Origin: an uncultured Chloroflexia bacterium
GTDB taxonomy: Bacteria; Chloroflexota; Limnocylindria; Limnocylindrales; CSP1-4
Length of the DNA stretch: 64,000 bases
Assembly: GCA_963768655.1 (NCBI GenBank)
Contig: CAVYIM010000007.1
Location: 128,001 to 192,000 of the forward strand
Reading direction: 5' to 3'
A program made the position numbers and the translations under genes. Shown here in pieces: positions 10,506 to 22,997 of this stretch; the stretch's first letter is position 1; the number at the start of each line of letters is the position of its first letter. Below the pieces are notes generated by a model, which was given only the letters and a program-made list of their open reading frames with translations, did not search any database and was not told the origin of the DNA.

Positions 10506-10784
10506 ATGGCAGTTCGAATCCGCCTCACCCGCGTCGGGGCCACCAAGCAGCCCGCCTACCGCATCGTTGTCACCGACAGCCGGAACGCCCGGGACAGCCG
10601 CGCCATCGAGACGATCGGCCACTACAACCCCAGGGTCCACCCGGTCGAGTTCGTCGTCGACGTCGACAAGGTCAAGAGCTGGCTGGCCAAGGGCGCCCAG
10701 CCTTCTGACACGGTGGCCCGTCTGCTCGAGGGCGCCGGCGTCCTGCCAAAGACGGAGCGAAAGGCAGCCCCAGTCGCCAAGTAG
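10506..10784 (+). CDS. rpsP: 30S ribosomal protein S16
   Basis: MAVRIRLTRVG...YRIVVTDSR...GHYNP...WLAKGAQPSDTV. Confidence 0.98.
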   Translation: MAVRIRLTRVGATKQPAYRIVVTDSRNARDSRAIETIGHYNPRVHPVEFVVDVDKVKSWLAKGAQPSDTVARLLEGAGVLPKTERKAAPVAK

Positions 10785-10859
10785 CCGGGTCCTGTGGCGG
10801 CTCGATGCCGCCCCGTCCCAGCTTGACGCGGAAAAGGGCACCACAAGAAGAGGTAGCCA

Positions 10860-11093
10860 ATGGCAGCCCAGGATCTCGTCGAATACGTCGCCCGCAACCT
10901 CGTGGACGACCCAGACTCCGTTCAGGTTGAAGTCCACACCGGCCCGGATGGGACGGTCATCGAGCTCCACGTCGCCGAAGAGGACATGGGCAAGGTGATC
11001 GGCCGAAACGGCAGCGTCGCCAAGGCGCTGCGGACTCTGCTCAAGGTCATGTCCGCGCGCGACGGTGAAATCGTGTCGCTGGAGATCAGCTGA
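10860..11093 (+). CDS. khpA: KH-domain RNA-binding protein KhpA
   Basis: DMGKVIGRNG KH motif, located between rpsP and rimM. Confidence 0.93.
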   Translation: MAAQDLVEYVARNLVDDPDSVQVEVHTGPDGTVIELHVAEEDMGKVIGRNGSVAKALRTLLKVMSARDGEIVSLEIS

Positions 11094-11103
11094 GCATCCG
11101 GCC

Positions 11104-11658
11104 GTGACTGCCGGAGAGAGGCTCGTGGTGGCCCGCGTCCGGGGCTTCCACGGGCTGCGCGGGACGGTGCGGCTGGAGTCGCTCACCGACCGGGCAGAGA
11201 TGCGATTCGCCGTGGGCAGGTCGCTCTTCGTCGAGGGCAGCGACACCCCGCTGACGGTGGTCGAGTCGGAGCCCGACTCGCTTGGCTGGCGCGTGCGCTT
11301 CGCCGGGGTGACGGACCGGACGGCCGCCGAGGGCCTCCGCGACGCGTACCTCGAAGCGGTAGTAGCCCCGGGCGAAGAGTTGCCGCGAGGCGAGTTCTAC
11401 TGGCATCAGGTCATCGGCGCCGCGGTTGCGGACGTCGATGGCGGAGCACTCGGTGAGGTCGTCGACATCTACCGCGCCGGCGGCGCCGAGGTCATCGTCG
11501 TGTCGGGGCCCGCCGGCGAGCTGGATGTGCCGCTCGTCCGATCGGTCGTCCGGGTATTCGCGCCGGCCCGTGGGGAGATAGTGATCGACGGGGAGGCGCT
11601 GGGCCTGCGCGGCGCGGAGCCAGACGAGGACACCGTCGAGCCGGAGCCCGAGGCGTGA
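11104..11658 (+). CDS. rimM: Ribosome maturation factor RimM
   Basis: [21 protein letters not shown] and a PRC barrel. Probable GTG start at 11104. Confidence 0.93.
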   Translation: MTAGERLVVARVRGFHGLRGTVRLESLTDRAEMRFAVGRSLFVEGSDTPLTVVESEPDSLGWRVRFAGVTDRTAAEGLRDAYLEAVVAPGEELPRGEFYWHQVIGAAVADVDGGALGEVVDIYRAGGAEVIVVSGPAGELDVPLVRSVVRVFAPARGEIVIDGEALGLRGAEPDEDTVEPEPEA

Positions 11659-12540
11659 CGACGGAGCCTTCGGCCACCGATGGCGACGTCGAACCCGCCG
11701 GCAAGCCGGTTCGGCCGCCGCTCGAGATCGAGCTGCTCACGCTCTTCCCGGCCATGCTCGAGGGACCCCTTTCCGAGAGCATTCCGGGGCGCGTTCAGGC
11801 TCGCGGCCTGGCCCAGGTCCGCATCCACGACATGCGCCATTGGGGCCTTGGCCGCCACAAGTCCGTCGACGACTACACCTACGGCGGGGGAGCGGGCATG
11901 GTCCTGCGCCCGGAGCCGGTGGCAGCTGCCCTGGACGAGCTCCGCCGGCCCGACAGCACGGCTATTCTGCTGGACCCGGGCGGCGAGGTCTTCGGGCAGG
12001 CGCGCGCCCACGACCTGGCGGAGCGCACGCACCTGGTCCTGCTCTGCCCCCGCTACGAGGGCGTCGACGAGCGAATCCGCTCCCTCGTGGACCTCGAGGT
12101 GTCGATCGGCGATTACGTGCTCTCGGGCGGCGAGATTCCCGCGCTGGTGGTCGTGGACACGATCCTGCGGCTGCTCCCAGGCGCCATCGACGCCGAAATC
12201 GACGGCCGAGGAGTCTTTCGCCGCCGGCCTGCTCGAGTACCCGCAGTACACCCGCCCGCCCGTGTTTCGCGATCTGGCCGTGCCGGCAGTCCTGACGAGC
12301 GGCCACCACGAAGCCGTCCGCAAGTGGCGCCTCAAGGAGTCGCTGCGCCGGACCTGGCGCCGCCGGCCGGATTTGCTCGAGGACAGGCCGATGACGCGCG
12401 AAGAGGCGAAGCTGCTGGCGGAGGTCAGCCACGAGGAGAGCGTCGCGGCGGCCGACGCGGCAGGAACGGCCGACGGCGCCGCGGCGCCGGGTCGCTCGGC
12501 GCCGTCTGCCCGCGAAACCGGAGAGTGGCCCGGAGAGTAG
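11655..12540 (+). CDS. trmD: tRNA (guanine37-N1)-methyltransferase TrmD, +1 frameshift at about 12195-12198 (likely sequencing error)
   Basis: [20 protein letters not shown] and [11 protein letters not shown] lie in one frame. [15 protein letters not shown] and SGHH continue in the next frame after GAAATC. Confidence 0.93.
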
Positions 12541-12601
12541 CTTCTCGCCTGCCCGGCGCAATCTGCCGCAACCCGAACCGAGCCGCGACGGCGTCGGGTT
12601 G

Positions 12602-12610
12602 TGGTATCCT
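12602..12610 (+). promoter_or_regulatory. Putative extended -10 promoter for rplS
   Basis: TGgTATCCT in the intergenic region about 120 bp upstream of rplS. Confidence 0.4.
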
Positions 12611-12732
12611 TCGCCGTCGGCCGCTCTGGCGGCCGCATTTCATGTGTCTTCATCGCAGCCGGGCTGCGGGCAACATCGGCTACTGAGCGCAGCCCCGCCG
12701 CTCGCGCAGCTTGACGAAGAGTAGGGAACGCC

Positions 12733-13083
12733 GTGAACGTGCTCGACGAGATCACCCAGGAACAGATCCGGACAGACACCCCGGAGCTCAGCCCGGGCGA
12801 CACGGTGCGCGTCGCTGCGCGGGTCGTCGAGGGTAACCGCGAGCGCATCCAGGTCTTCGAAGGGACGGTCATGCGCCTGCGCGGCGGCGGCATCCAGCGC
12901 TCGATCACCGTCCGCAGGATCGCCAGTGGTGTCGGCGTGGAGCGCACCTTCAAGGTGAACAGCCCCCGCATCGACAAGATCGAAGTCGTGCGCCACGGCC
13001 AGGCGCGCCGCGCTCAGCTGTACTTCCTGCGCAAGCGCGTGGGCAAGGCGGCTACCCTGCGCGAGCGCCGCGTCAGCAGCTAG
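12733..13083 (+). CDS. rplS: 50S ribosomal protein L19
   Basis: [19 protein letters not shown]...GVGVERTF...RRAQLYFLR. Confidence 0.98.
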   Translation: MNVLDEITQEQIRTDTPELSPGDTVRVAARVVEGNRERIQVFEGTVMRLRGGGIQRSITVRRIASGVGVERTFKVNSPRIDKIEVVRHGQARRAQLYFLRKRVGKAATLRERRVSS

Positions 13084-13100
13084 ACCGGCTCGGGAGCCAC

Positions 13101-13949
13101 ATGCCCGGCGCCCGACACTCCAGCTTCCGGATCGAGGACCCCGGCCGCGCGCCCTCGGCGATGCGACGGGGTCCCACTGTATTCGCGCCCGGTGCCCGTG
13201 CCGGCCGGTTCGAGGTCGCGCCCTGGCATAGTGAGAGACTCGACCCGGACTTCGCCGAAGAACGGATCCTCTGGTCGCGCGGCTTCCGCTACGTCGCCGG
13301 CATCGACGAGGTCGGTCGAGGCTGCCTGGCGGGCCCGGTCGCCGCGGCGGCGGTCATCCTGCCGCCCAACTGGAGGCCGCGGGGCCTGCGCGACTCCAAG
13401 CTGCTCAAGCCCGAGGATCGGCGGCGCCTCGACGTGGAGATCCGTGGCCGGGCGCTGGCGTGGTCGATCGCGTTCGTCGGTCCGGAGCTGATCGACCGCA
13501 TCAACATTCTCCAGGCGACGCTGCTGGCAAGCACCCTGGCCGCCGCCCGCCTGCCGATCCGGCCCGACGCCCTGCTGCTCGATGCCGTCTCACTGCCCGA
13601 GGTCCGGGTCCACCAGCGCGTGCTCGTCTCCGCGGATCGGCTGTGCGCGTCGGTGGCGGCGGCTTCGGTGATCGCCAAGGTGGCTCGCGACCGGCTCATG
13701 GTGGAGATGGACGCGCGCTACCCCGGCTACGACCTGGCCCGTAACAAGGGCTATGCCGCGCCCGAGCATCGCGCCGGCCTGGCCGCTCTGGGTCTATGCC
13801 CGATTCATCGCCTCTCGTTCGCGCCCTGTCGTGATCGCGAGCAAATGGGCCTGTGGGAGGATGCGCGAGCGGACGCCGCCGATGAAGATGCCCTCGGCGA
13901 GCGGGCCGACGAGGCCGTCATGCTCGAGGAGGTCGAGCCGATCGACTGA
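13101..13949 (+). CDS. rnhB: Ribonuclease HII (true start may be downstream)
   Basis: AGIDEVGRGCLAGPV, LRDSKLL, AAASVIAKVARD, NKGY, HRLSF. Confidence 0.95.
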   Translation: MPGARHSSFRIEDPGRAPSAMRRGPTVFAPGARAGRFEVAPWHSERLDPDFAEERILWSRGFRYVAGIDEVGRGCLAGPVAAAAVILPPNWRPRGLRDSKLLKPEDRRRLDVEIRGRALAWSIAFVGPELIDRINILQATLLASTLAAARLPIRPDALLLDAVSLPEVRVHQRVLVSADRLCASVAAASVIAKVARDRLMVEMDARYPGYDLARNKGYAAPEHRAGLAALGLCPIHRLSFAPCRDREQMGLWEDARADAADEDALGERADEAVMLEEVEPID

Positions 13950-13966
13950 CGCCTGCCGGAGGAGCC

Positions 13967-14365
13967 ATGGCCGAACGAACGGACCGACAGAAGGCCGGCG
14001 ACACGGCCGAAAGCCTTGTCTGCGAACGCCTGGCGGCCCGGGGCTGGCAGATCCTGGCCCGCAACGTCCACTTCGGACGCAGCGAGCTGGACATCGTCGC
14101 CATCGACCCGGGTCCGCCGGGGAGGCTCGTCGTGGTCGAGGTCCGGTGGCGGCGCTCGAGGGAGTTCGGACTGGCGGAGGAGACCTTTGACCGTCGAAAA
14201 CAGGCCCATCTGAAGGCCGGGGTGGCCCGCATGCTGGAGGCGGGGTGTCTGCCCGACGGCATCGAGCTGCCTCGCCTGGCGCCGGCGTTGGACCTGGCGA
14301 CAGTCGAACCCGGGACCGGCGGCCTTCCTGTCGTGCGCCTCTACCGGAATGCGCTTGGGGGTTGA
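13967..14365 (+). CDS. yraN: YraN/UPF0102 family predicted endonuclease
   Basis: G..AE, ILARN, ELDIVA and VVVEVR motifs. It follows rnhB, as is common. Confidence 0.88.
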   Translation: MAERTDRQKAGDTAESLVCERLAARGWQILARNVHFGRSELDIVAIDPGPPGRLVVVEVRWRRSREFGLAEETFDRRKQAHLKAGVARMLEAGCLPDGIELPRLAPALDLATVEPGTGGLPVVRLYRNALGG

Positions 14366-14497
14366 CCGCCAGTTCTGGCGACCGACGACCGACTGATCGC
14401 GGCGTATTGGGATTGGCTGCCGCGGACCGGGTGAGCCGCCGGCCACGCAAGCAGCCGGCTGCGCATCGACACGGCCGGCTGGGGCCGGTCGCCGCTG

Positions 14498-14674
14498 TGC
14501 TACACTCCCCGCCGGCCGTCGCGTCGCGAGGGCCCCCGCTTCGTGTCCGCGTCATGGCGGGCGGAGCGGAGATCACACGCAGAGTTGCCGTGTCGGGGCG
14601 GTGCCGGAGCCGCGTTTGGCGGACCGGTTCCCGACAGGAGCGCTGCGGAGGAAGCAACCGCAGGAGGTCAGTTC
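14498..14674 (+). promoter_or_regulatory. Extended -10 promoter and probable rpsB (S2) autoregulatory leader
   Basis: TGcTACACT at 14498-14506. The roughly 165-nt leader contains CACAC...GGTGC...GCGGAGG, reminiscent of rpsB leaders, and an AGGAGG SD. Confidence 0.5.
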
Positions 14675-15619
14675 ATGCCGTCCGTTTCGATGCGACAGCT
14701 CCTGGAGGCTGGGATCCATTTCGGCCACCAGACTCGTCGCTGGAATCCCAAGATGCGCCCGTTCATCTTCGCGGAGCGCAACGGGATCCACATCATCGAC
14801 CTGGCCCAGACCGTCAAGCGGCTTGACGTCGCCCTCGATGCCGCCCGCGACACGGTCGCGCGCGGCGACAGCGTCCTTTTCATCGGCACCAAGAAGCAGG
14901 CCCAGGAGCCGATCGCCCAGGAGGCGACCCGCGCCGGCCAGCCGTACGTGAACCGCCGCTGGCTCGGCGGCATGCTCACCAACTTCATCACGATCAAGAA
15001 GCGCATAGCCCTCCTCGATCAGCTCGAGGCACGCCAGGCAAGCGGTGACTTCGAGCGGCTGACGAAGAAGGAAGTCGCCAAGCTTGTCGAGGAAATGGAC
15101 CACCTGCGCGACGCGTTCGGCGGCATCCGCAAGATGAAGCGCCTGCCGGGGATGGTCTTCATCGTCGACCCGCACCGCGAGCGGATCGCGGTGACGGAAT
15201 CCCGCAAGCTCGAGATCCCGATCATCGGTACTGGCGACACCAACGTCGACCCGGACGAGCTGGACTACATCATCCCGGCCAACGACGACGCGATCCGTGC
15301 CATTCGGCTGCTCTGTTCGCTGGTGGCCGATGCCTGCGTCGAGGGCCAGCGCGAGCGCGGTGCACGTGCCAGCGCCGAGATCGAGGCACCCGAGGCGCCG
15401 GCCGAACCCGAGATCGAGGAGACTGCCTCCGAGGAGCTCGTCGCGGCCCTTGCGGGCGGCGGCGCCCTCACGTTCGAACCCGACGTGGATGAGGAGGAAG
15501 TCTTGCTGCCCGGCGTGCGAGCCATCCCGTCCCACCCGCGCGACGCCGAGGGTGAAGAGACTCCCCGCAGTCGCGAAGAGACGCCCCGAACTCGGGAAGA
15601 GACCGCGCGCTCCCACTGA
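14675..15619 (+). CDS. rpsB: 30S ribosomal protein S2
   Basis: [42 protein letters not shown]. Acidic tail with REETP repeats. Confidence 0.98.
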   Translation: MPSVSMRQLLEAGIHFGHQTRRWNPKMRPFIFAERNGIHIIDLAQTVKRLDVALDAARDTVARGDSVLFIGTKKQAQEPIAQEATRAGQPYVNRRWLGGMLTNFITIKKRIALLDQLEARQASGDFERLTKKEVAKLVEEMDHLRDAFGGIRKMKRLPGMVFIVDPHRERIAVTESRKLEIPIIGTGDTNVDPDELDYIIPANDDAIRAIRLLCSLVADACVEGQRERGARASAEIEAPEAPAEPEIEETASEELVAALAGGGALTFEPDVDEEEVLLPGVRAIPSHPRDAEGEETPRSREETPRTREETARSH

Positions 15620-15703
15620 CCCAACGAACTCATCCGCCGGGCGGCCGGCGCCGACCCGCCGACCGGCCGCGTATATGCAAGCGACAGGAGACACGAGAAC
15701 ACG

Positions 15704-16299
<596 letters not shown>

Positions 16300-16303
<4 letters not shown>

Positions 16304-17097
16304 GCGAGGCCAAAGCGGCCAGGGCCACGTCCGCAGGCGCCGTCGCCGTCGAATCTGTCGACGGGGGCGCCACGCGGCCGCGCTATCGTCGGATCCTCCT
16401 GAAGCTGTCCGGAGAGGCCCTGCTCGGGTCTCGCCAGTACGGCGTCGATCCAGACTTCTGCGCATTCATCGCGGCCCAGGTCGCCGAGGTTCACCGACTC
16501 GGTGTCCAGATCGGCATCGTCGTCGGTGGCGGGAACATCTTCCGCGGACTGGCTGCCGCGGCCAAGGGAATGGACCGCGCCACCGGCGACTACATCGGCA
16601 TGCTGGCCACCGTGATGAACGCGCTGGCACTCCAGGACGCTATCGAGAAGGCTGGCGTCCAGACCCGAGTCATGAGCGCCATCGGGATGAACGAGGTCGC
16701 CGAGCCATACATCCGCAGGCGCGCCGTGCGCCACCTGGAGAAGGGGCGAGTGATCATCCTGGCCGCAGGTACGGGCAACCCGTACTTCACGACCGACACC
16801 GCCGCCGCGCTCCGGGCCGTCGAGATCGGGGCCGAGGTCATTCTCAAGGCAACCAAGGTCGACGGCGTGTACGACTCGGACCCGGTCGAGAACCCGAACG
16901 CCACGCGCTACGAGCGGCTCACGTACTCCCAGGTTCTGGCCCAGCGGCTCCGCGTTCTCGATGCCACGGCCGTCTCGCTGTGCATGGAGAATGACACTCC
17001 GATCGTCGTGTTCGACCTGAACAAGCCCGAGAACATCACGCGGGTGGCCGCGGGCGAAACCGTCGGCACCCTGATCAACGGAGGCAGCCCGGCATGA
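16300..17097 (+). CDS. pyrH: UMP kinase
   Basis: [28 protein letters not shown] at 16300 overlaps the tsf stop. Confidence 0.97.
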
Positions 17098-17651
17098 GCA
17101 GCGAGACCTTGACCGGCACCGAACACAAGATGATGCGGGCAGTAGAGGTTCTCGAGCGAGATCTGCAAGGTATTCGCACGGGTCGCGCCTCCACGTCGCT
17201 CGTCGAGAGGATCGTGGTCGAGTACTACGGCGCGCCCACGCCCATGAATCAGCTGGCTGGCATCAGCGTCCCCGAATCGCACCAGATCGTGATCCAGCCC
17301 TGGGACCGCAATGCCATTCAGGCGATAGAGAAGGCGATCCAGAAGAGCGACATCGGCCTTGTGCCCAACAGCGACGGCACTGTCATCCGTCTCAACATTC
17401 CGCAGCTCACCGAGGAGCGTCGGCGGGACCTCGTGAAGCAGGTCCATAAGCGCATGGAAGAAGCCCGCGTCGAGATCCGCAACCTTCGTCGGGAGGCGGC
17501 CGATCAGCTCAAGAAGGAAGAGCACGACGGCACGATGGGCGCGGACGAAGGGCGGCGCGAGCACGAAAACCTGCAGCGCGTCACCGACAAACACATCGCC
17601 GACGTGGATCGCATCGGCGCGGCGAAGGAACAGGAGATCCTGGAGGTCTAG
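17094..17651 (+). CDS. frr: Ribosome recycling factor
   Basis: [28 protein letters not shown]. Confidence 0.97.
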   Translation: MSSETLTGTEHKMMRAVEVLERDLQGIRTGRASTSLVERIVVEYYGAPTPMNQLAGISVPESHQIVIQPWDRNAIQAIEKAIQKSDIGLVPNSDGTVIRLNIPQLTEERRRDLVKQVHKRMEEARVEIRNLRREAADQLKKEEHDGTMGADEGRREHENLQRVTDKHIADVDRIGAAKEQEILEV

Positions 17652-18514
17652 TGGCCCGTCCGATCGACCGGCCGACCGACTCTCCGTCGATCGTCCACCG
17701 CGAGCGCCAGGCTCCGGCCGAGCCGGCCGGCGGTCCGTCGGCGTCGCAGGCGGCCCTGGTGCCGGGGCTGTCGCAGCCAATGTCGCCCGAGGCTGCGGCG
17801 GCGCCCGCCGACGTCTTCCCGGTCACGCCCCAGGAGATGCCGCGCCACGTCGCGATCATCATGGACGGGAACCGGCGGTGGGCCCGCGCCCGCGGCTTGA
17901 CCGAGATGGAGGGTCACTCCGCCGGAGTCGAGGGAATTCGCGGGATCATCCGCCACGCCGTCCGGCGCGGGATCGAAGTTCTGTCGCTGTACGCGTTCAG
18001 TCGGGAGAACTGGGCGCGGTCCGATGACGAGGTGAGCGGCCTGTTCATGCTTCTCGAGAAGGCGATCCGCAACGAGACGGCCGAGCTCGTGGCCCAGGGC
18101 GCGCGCGTCCGCCTACTCGGGAGGATGGAGGAGCTGCCGCCCGAGACGCAGGCTTCGCTCAACGAGGCGCTCGATGCCACGGTGGGCGGCCAGCGGCTCC
18201 AGCTCAACATCGCCTTCAACTACTCCGGGCGAACGGAGCTGGTGGACGCCGCCCGGAAGCTGGTCGCGCGGGGTCTGCGGCCCGAGGAGGTCGACGAGGA
18301 CGCCATGGCCGCGGCCATGTACACGGCCGGCCTGCCGGATCCGGACATGGTCATTCGTACCGGCGGCGACGAACGTCTCTCCAACTTCCTGATCTGGCAG
18401 TCGGCGTACGCCGAGATCGTCTTCACTCCAACGCTCTGGCCCGATTTCGGGCCGGCCGAGCTGGACGCGGCCCTCCTCGAGTTCGCCAGCCGGCAGCGCC
18501 GGTTCGGGCGCTAG
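17651..18514 (+). CDS. uppS: Polyprenyl (undecaprenyl) diphosphate synthase
   Basis: PRHVAIIMDGNRRWA, FSRENW, RTGGDERLSNFLIWQ, RRFG. Confidence 0.96.
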   Translation: MARPIDRPTDSPSIVHRERQAPAEPAGGPSASQAALVPGLSQPMSPEAAAAPADVFPVTPQEMPRHVAIIMDGNRRWARARGLTEMEGHSAGVEGIRGIIRHAVRRGIEVLSLYAFSRENWARSDDEVSGLFMLLEKAIRNETAELVAQGARVRLLGRMEELPPETQASLNEALDATVGGQRLQLNIAFNYSGRTELVDAARKLVARGLRPEEVDEDAMAAAMYTAGLPDPDMVIRTGGDERLSNFLIWQSAYAEIVFTPTLWPDFGPAELDAALLEFASRQRRFGR

Positions 18515-18522
18515 AGGCGGGC

Positions 18523-19350
18523 ATGCGGCAGAGGGCGCTGAGCGCATTGGTCTTCGTGCCGCCTCTGCTGATCGTGCTGGCCCTGGGCGAGCCATGGTTC
18601 GGGGCCTTGATCGCGGTCTTCGTCGCTATCGGGGCCTGGGAGGCCGGTCGGTTGCTGCGTGGCGCCGGATACGGAGCGATGCCATGGCTGATCGTGCCCG
18701 CGGCGCTGGCAGTGGCCGCGGACGTGGCGGCCCCGTCGTGGCTGGCGGGCTACGGTGACCTGCTCATCGCGGCGGTGGTCGTCGCCGCGGGAATCGCCGC
18801 CTTCGTCGAGAAGGACACGAAGGTCGGCTTCGCGGCGTGGATGGCGACGGCGTTCGGGGCGGTGTACGTCGGGTTGCTGGCGGCGCTGGTCCGTCTTGGC
18901 CTGGCCGCGCCGGCCCTCGCGTCGTCGGCCCCGGCCACGCAGCTCGGCGCGGAGCGGGGCTGGATTCTTCTCGTGATCCTGCTGGTCTGGTCCTACGACA
19001 CCGGGGCGTATCTGGTGGGCATCGCCCTGGGCAAACGCAAGTTCCTGGCTCACATCTCGCCCTCGAAGAGCTACTGGGGCCTGTTCGGTGGCCTGGTCGC
19101 CTGTACGGCGGTGGCGGTGGCCGGCTTCCTGGCCCTCGGTCAGCCACCGCTGTTGGGGCTCGCGATGGGCCCGCTGATCGGGCTTGCGGCGCAGGCTGGC
19201 GACCTGGCCGAGTCGATGTTGAAGCGCGCGGCGGGCGCGAAGGACTCCAGCGGGCTGATTCCAGGCCACGGCGGGATACTTGACCGCGTGGATTCGTTCA
19301 TCTTCGCGGCGCCCGTCGCCGCGCTCTATGTCGCCGCGCTCGTTCGCTGA
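18523..19350 (+). CDS. cdsA: Phosphatidate cytidylyltransferase
   Basis: Multi-TM protein with DTGAY, ISPSKS, GDLAESMLKR and KDSSGLIPGHGGILDRVDS. Confidence 0.96.
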   Translation: MRQRALSALVFVPPLLIVLALGEPWFGALIAVFVAIGAWEAGRLLRGAGYGAMPWLIVPAALAVAADVAAPSWLAGYGDLLIAAVVVAAGIAAFVEKDTKVGFAAWMATAFGAVYVGLLAALVRLGLAAPALASSAPATQLGAERGWILLVILLVWSYDTGAYLVGIALGKRKFLAHISPSKSYWGLFGGLVACTAVAVAGFLALGQPPLLGLAMGPLIGLAAQAGDLAESMLKRAAGAKDSSGLIPGHGGILDRVDSFIFAAPVAALYVAALVR

Positions 19351-19422
19351 TTCGGGCCCCGAACCGGCGGGGGAGGGGAGCGGCCGCACTGTGGGCCGGC
19401 CGGCTGCGCTGGCAACGCCCCG

Positions 19423-20659
19423 ATGAGCAACGCGTCGATGAGCGACGCCTCCCCGATCGTGCGAGTCGCGCTGCTGGGTTCGGGCGGCTCGATCGGTCGC
19501 CAGGCCATCGACGTGCTGGGCGAGATGTCCGACGCGTTTCGGATCGTCGCTCTGGCCACCGGGTCGCAAGCGCAGTTGCTGGAAGAGCAGGCCCGCCGGT
19601 TCCGCCCGCAGATCGTGGCGCTGGCGGATGCGACTGCCGCGGCCCGTCTCGATCTCCCATCGGGCGTGGCCCGGGCCTCCGGCGCGGCCGCGCTGGAAGA
19701 GATCGTGGCGCGGCCCGACGTGGATCTGGTTCTGGTGGCCACGGGAGGCCTGGTCGCGCTGCGTTCCGTGCTGGCGGCCCTGGAGGCGGGCAAGGTGGTC
19801 GCCACGGCGAACAAGGAGACCCTCGTGGCCGGCGGGCACCTGGTCATGCCGCTGGCATGGGCCCTGGCCGATCGAAATCGTCCGCTGATGCCGTCGCCGA
19901 TATCAGGCCGGACCTCCGCCGGCCCCCTCGGCTGGCTGCGCCCTATCGACTCCGAGCATTCAGCCATCTGGCAGTGCCTGGCTGGCGAGGAGAACCGCGC
20001 CATCGCGCGATTGCTGCTCACCGCGTCCGGCGGGCCGTTCCTCGATGCCAGTGTCGCGGACCTTGCGACGGTCACCCCCGAACGGGCCCTGCGCCACCCG
20101 ACCTGGCGAATGGGCGCGAAGATCACCGTCGACTCCGCGACCCTCGCCAACAAGGGGCTCGAAATCATCGAAGCGCACTGGCTGTACGATGTGCCCCTCT
20201 CGGCCATTTCGGTCGTCATCCACCCTCAGAGCGTCGTCCATTCGGCCGTGGAGTTCGTGGACGGCTCGATCAAGGCGCAGCTCGGGACCCCGGACATGCG
20301 ACTTCCCATCCAATATGCGCTGACATACCCGGCCCGACGGTCTTCGCCGGCCGCCGCGGCGGATCTGATTGCCGCGGGTAAGCTGGAGTTCCGGGCGCCC
20401 GATGAGGAGCGCTTTCCGGCGTTGAGGATCGCCAGGGAGGCCGGGCTGGCCGGGCCTCGGGCCAGCGCCGCGCTGATTTCGGCCGACGAAGTCGCGGTCG
20501 CCCGCTTCCTGGACGGCCGCCTCGATTTCTCCGGGGATTCCGCGAGTCCTGGGGGCAGCCGTGGAGAAGTTCGGTTCCGGCAAGCCCCGCGAGCCGGGTC
20601 TCGAGGAACTCATGGCGCTCGACACGCAGGTTCGCGCATTCGCTGAGGGGGCCCGGTGA
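19423..20659 (+). CDS. dxr: 1-deoxy-D-xylulose-5-phosphate reductoisomerase, +1 frameshift at about 20524-20536
   Basis: GSGGSIG, ANKE, PIDSEH, LTASGGPF, HPTWRMG. The C-terminus IPRVLGAAVE...ELMALD...* continues in the shifted frame to TGA 20659, overlapping the rseP start. Confidence 0.93.
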
Positions 20660-21753
20660 CGCTGCAGGGCCTGCTCTTTGCCGTGGTCGCGATTCCCCTG
20701 ACGCTCCTCATCCTGACGCTGCTCGTGGTGGTCCATGAGATCGGGCACTTCGTGACGGCTCGTCTGTCGGGGATCCGAGTCATCGAGTTCGGGATCGGCT
20801 TCCCGCCGCGGGCCAAGGTGCTCGGACATGACCATGAGACCGAGTACACCCTCAACTACCTCCCGATCGGCGGCTTCTGCCTGATGGAGGGCGAGGAGTC
20901 GGACTCCGACGACCCGAGGGCGTTCGCGGCCGCGTCGCTGCCGAGGCAGATTCTGGTGATGGTTGCCGGTGTGACCATGAACCTTCTCACCGCCGTGTTC
21001 CTGTTCTTCGTGGTCGCCTGCGTCTTCAGCCCGGGCCAGGGGATCCAGTTCGCGCAGGTCATTCCGGGCTCGGCCGCTCAGCGCGCCGGGCTCGTGGGCG
21101 GAGAGACGGTCGACTCGCTGAACGGTCAGCGCTTCGGCTTCATGACCAGCACGGGCTTGCTCGACGCGATCTCGGCCGACGCCGGCAAGACGGTGACGCT
21201 CGGCTACGTCGACCTCGATGGCAACCACAAGTCCGTGGTGGTCACGCTCGGAACCGACAGGACGACGGGAATCCTCGGGATCAAGGGGCCCGGCAACGAC
21301 GGGCCGTTGGTTTCCGTCGTGACCTTCACTCAGTCCGATCCCGTCACCGGGATGGAGACGGCGATCGACAACACGAGGACTGCCCTGGGTCTCGTCTTCA
21401 CGGGCCTGGGCCAGCTTGGATCGTCGCTCGTCAACCACCCGACCTCGGCGCCGGCCGGGATCCAGGGGCCGGTCGGTATCACTCGCGACGTCGGCCTGGT
21501 GCTGACCGACTATGGACCCCCTGTGGTCGTCCTGCTGGCGGCGATTCTCTCGGCCAACCTGGCCCTGATCAACCTGCTGCCATTCCCGCCGCTCGATGGC
21601 GGCAAGGTCCTGGTGCTGGTCGTCAAGCGGATATTCGGAGCGCGCGGCGTCAGCGCGGTGGAGGCGGCGGCGAACGTCGCGGGAATGGCCTGCCTGCTCG
21701 CCTTCATAGCCTGGATCAGCTACTTCGACATCGTCCGCGGCGGCGCCCCGTAG
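20656..21753 (+). CDS. rseP: Site-2 intramembrane metalloprotease RseP/RasP (M50, PDZ)
   Basis: HEIGH, PIGGF, PDZ region, [11 protein letters not shown]. Confidence 0.95.
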   Translation: MTLQGLLFAVVAIPLTLLILTLLVVVHEIGHFVTARLSGIRVIEFGIGFPPRAKVLGHDHETEYTLNYLPIGGFCLMEGEESDSDDPRAFAAASLPRQILVMVAGVTMNLLTAVFLFFVVACVFSPGQGIQFAQVIPGSAAQRAGLVGGETVDSLNGQRFGFMTSTGLLDAISADAGKTVTLGYVDLDGNHKSVVVTLGTDRTTGILGIKGPGNDGPLVSVVTFTQSDPVTGMETAIDNTRTALGLVFTGLGQLGSSLVNHPTSAPAGIQGPVGITRDVGLVLTDYGPPVVVLLAAILSANLALINLLPFPPLDGGKVLVLVVKRIFGARGVSAVEAAANVAGMACLLAFIAWISYFDIVRGGAP

Positions 21754-21755
21754 CC

Positions 21756-22997
21756 ATGGAGAGCACCGAGTTCGGAGCGCGCCGGCGCTCCGCGGCCGTG
21801 GATATCGAGGGCGTGATCGTCGGCGGCGGCCACCCGATCGTCGTCCAGTCGATGACGAATACAGATACGGCCGACGCGGACGCCACGGCGCTGCAGGTCG
21901 CGCGGCTGGCCCACGCCGGCTCTGAGCTCGTCAGGATCACGGTCAACACCGAGGCGGCGGCGGACGCCGTCCCGGAGATCGTTCGCAAGGTTCGAGGTCT
22001 GGGCGCCGCGGTCCCGATCGTCGGCGACTTCCACTACAACGGCCACAAGCTGCTGCGCGACTACCCGGCCGCGGCCCGAGCGCTGGCCAAGTACCGCATC
22101 AACCCCGGCAACGTCGGCCCGGGTCGCCATCACGACGATCACTTCACCGAGATCGTCCGCATCGCCATCGAGAACGGCAAGCCGGTCCGGATCGGCGTCA
22201 ACTGGGGCTCGCTGGATCAGGCGGTCCTGGCCGGGCTGATGGACGCGAACGCGCGCCTGGCCGAGCCGAAAGACGCCCGGGACGTCATGATCGAGGCGAT
22301 GGTCGAGAGCGCCGTTCGATCGGCCGAGCTGGCGGAGGCGACCGGCCTGGCCCACGACCGAATCATCCTCTCGGCGAAGGTCTCCGGCGTGCGCGACCTG
22401 GTCGAGGTGTACCGGCGGCTGGCGGCGCGCGGCGACTACGCCCTGCATCTGGGGCTGACCGAGGCGGGCATGGGCATGAAAGGGATCGTCGCCTCGTCCG
22501 CGGGACTCTCGCTGCTGCTGGCCGAGGGCATAGGCGACACGATCCGCGTCTCGATCACGCCCGAGCCGGGCGGCGACCGGACTGAGGAGGTGGCGGTCGC
22601 GCAGCAGGTCCTGCAGTCGCTCGGGCTGCGGTCGTTCGTGCCGCAGGTTTCCTCGTGCCCCGGCTGCGGCCGCACGACGAGCGTCTACTTCCAGGAGCTC
22701 GCCCGCGACATCCAGGCGTACCTGCGCGACCAGATGCCCCTGTGGCGCGATGGGCACCCCGGGGTGGAGGATCTGCGCGTGGCGGTCATGGGTTGCGTCG
22801 TCAACGGTCCCGGCGAGTCCAAGCACGCCGACATCGGGATCAGCCTGCCGGGCACCTTCGAGGATCCGGTGGCGCCGGTCTTCATCGACGGGGCTCTGGA
22901 CCGCACCCTGCGCGGAGACCACATCGCCGACGAGTTCAAGGCGATCCTCGAGAGCTACGTAGAGAGGCGCTTTCCGGCGGTCGGAGCGGCTCGCTAG
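21756..22997 (+). CDS. ispG: (E)-4-hydroxy-3-methylbut-2-enyl-diphosphate synthase
   Basis: [46 protein letters not shown]. Confidence 0.97.
   Translation: MESTEFGARRRSAAVDIEGVIVGGGHPIVVQSMTNTDTADADATALQVARLAHAGSELVRITVNTEAAADAVPEIVRKVRGLGAAVPIVGDFHYNGHKLLRDYPAAARALAKYRINPGNVGPGRHHDDHFTEIVRIAIENGKPVRIGVNWGSLDQAVLAGLMDANARLAEPKDARDVMIEAMVESAVRSAELAEATGLAHDRIILSAKVSGVRDLVEVYRRLAARGDYALHLGLTEAGMGMKGIVASSAGLSLLLAEGIGDTIRVSITPEPGGDRTEEVAVAQQVLQSLGLRSFVPQVSSCPGCGRTTSVYFQELARDIQAYLRDQMPLWRDGHPGVEDLRVAVMGCVVNGPGESKHADIGISLPGTFEDPVAPVFIDGALDRTLRGDHIADEFKAILESYVERRFPAVGAAR

Noticed and set aside
13967-14365. YraN as part of a defence or transformation system
   Set aside because: The rplS-rnhB-yraN order is ordinary, and no comM or dprA follows in this window.
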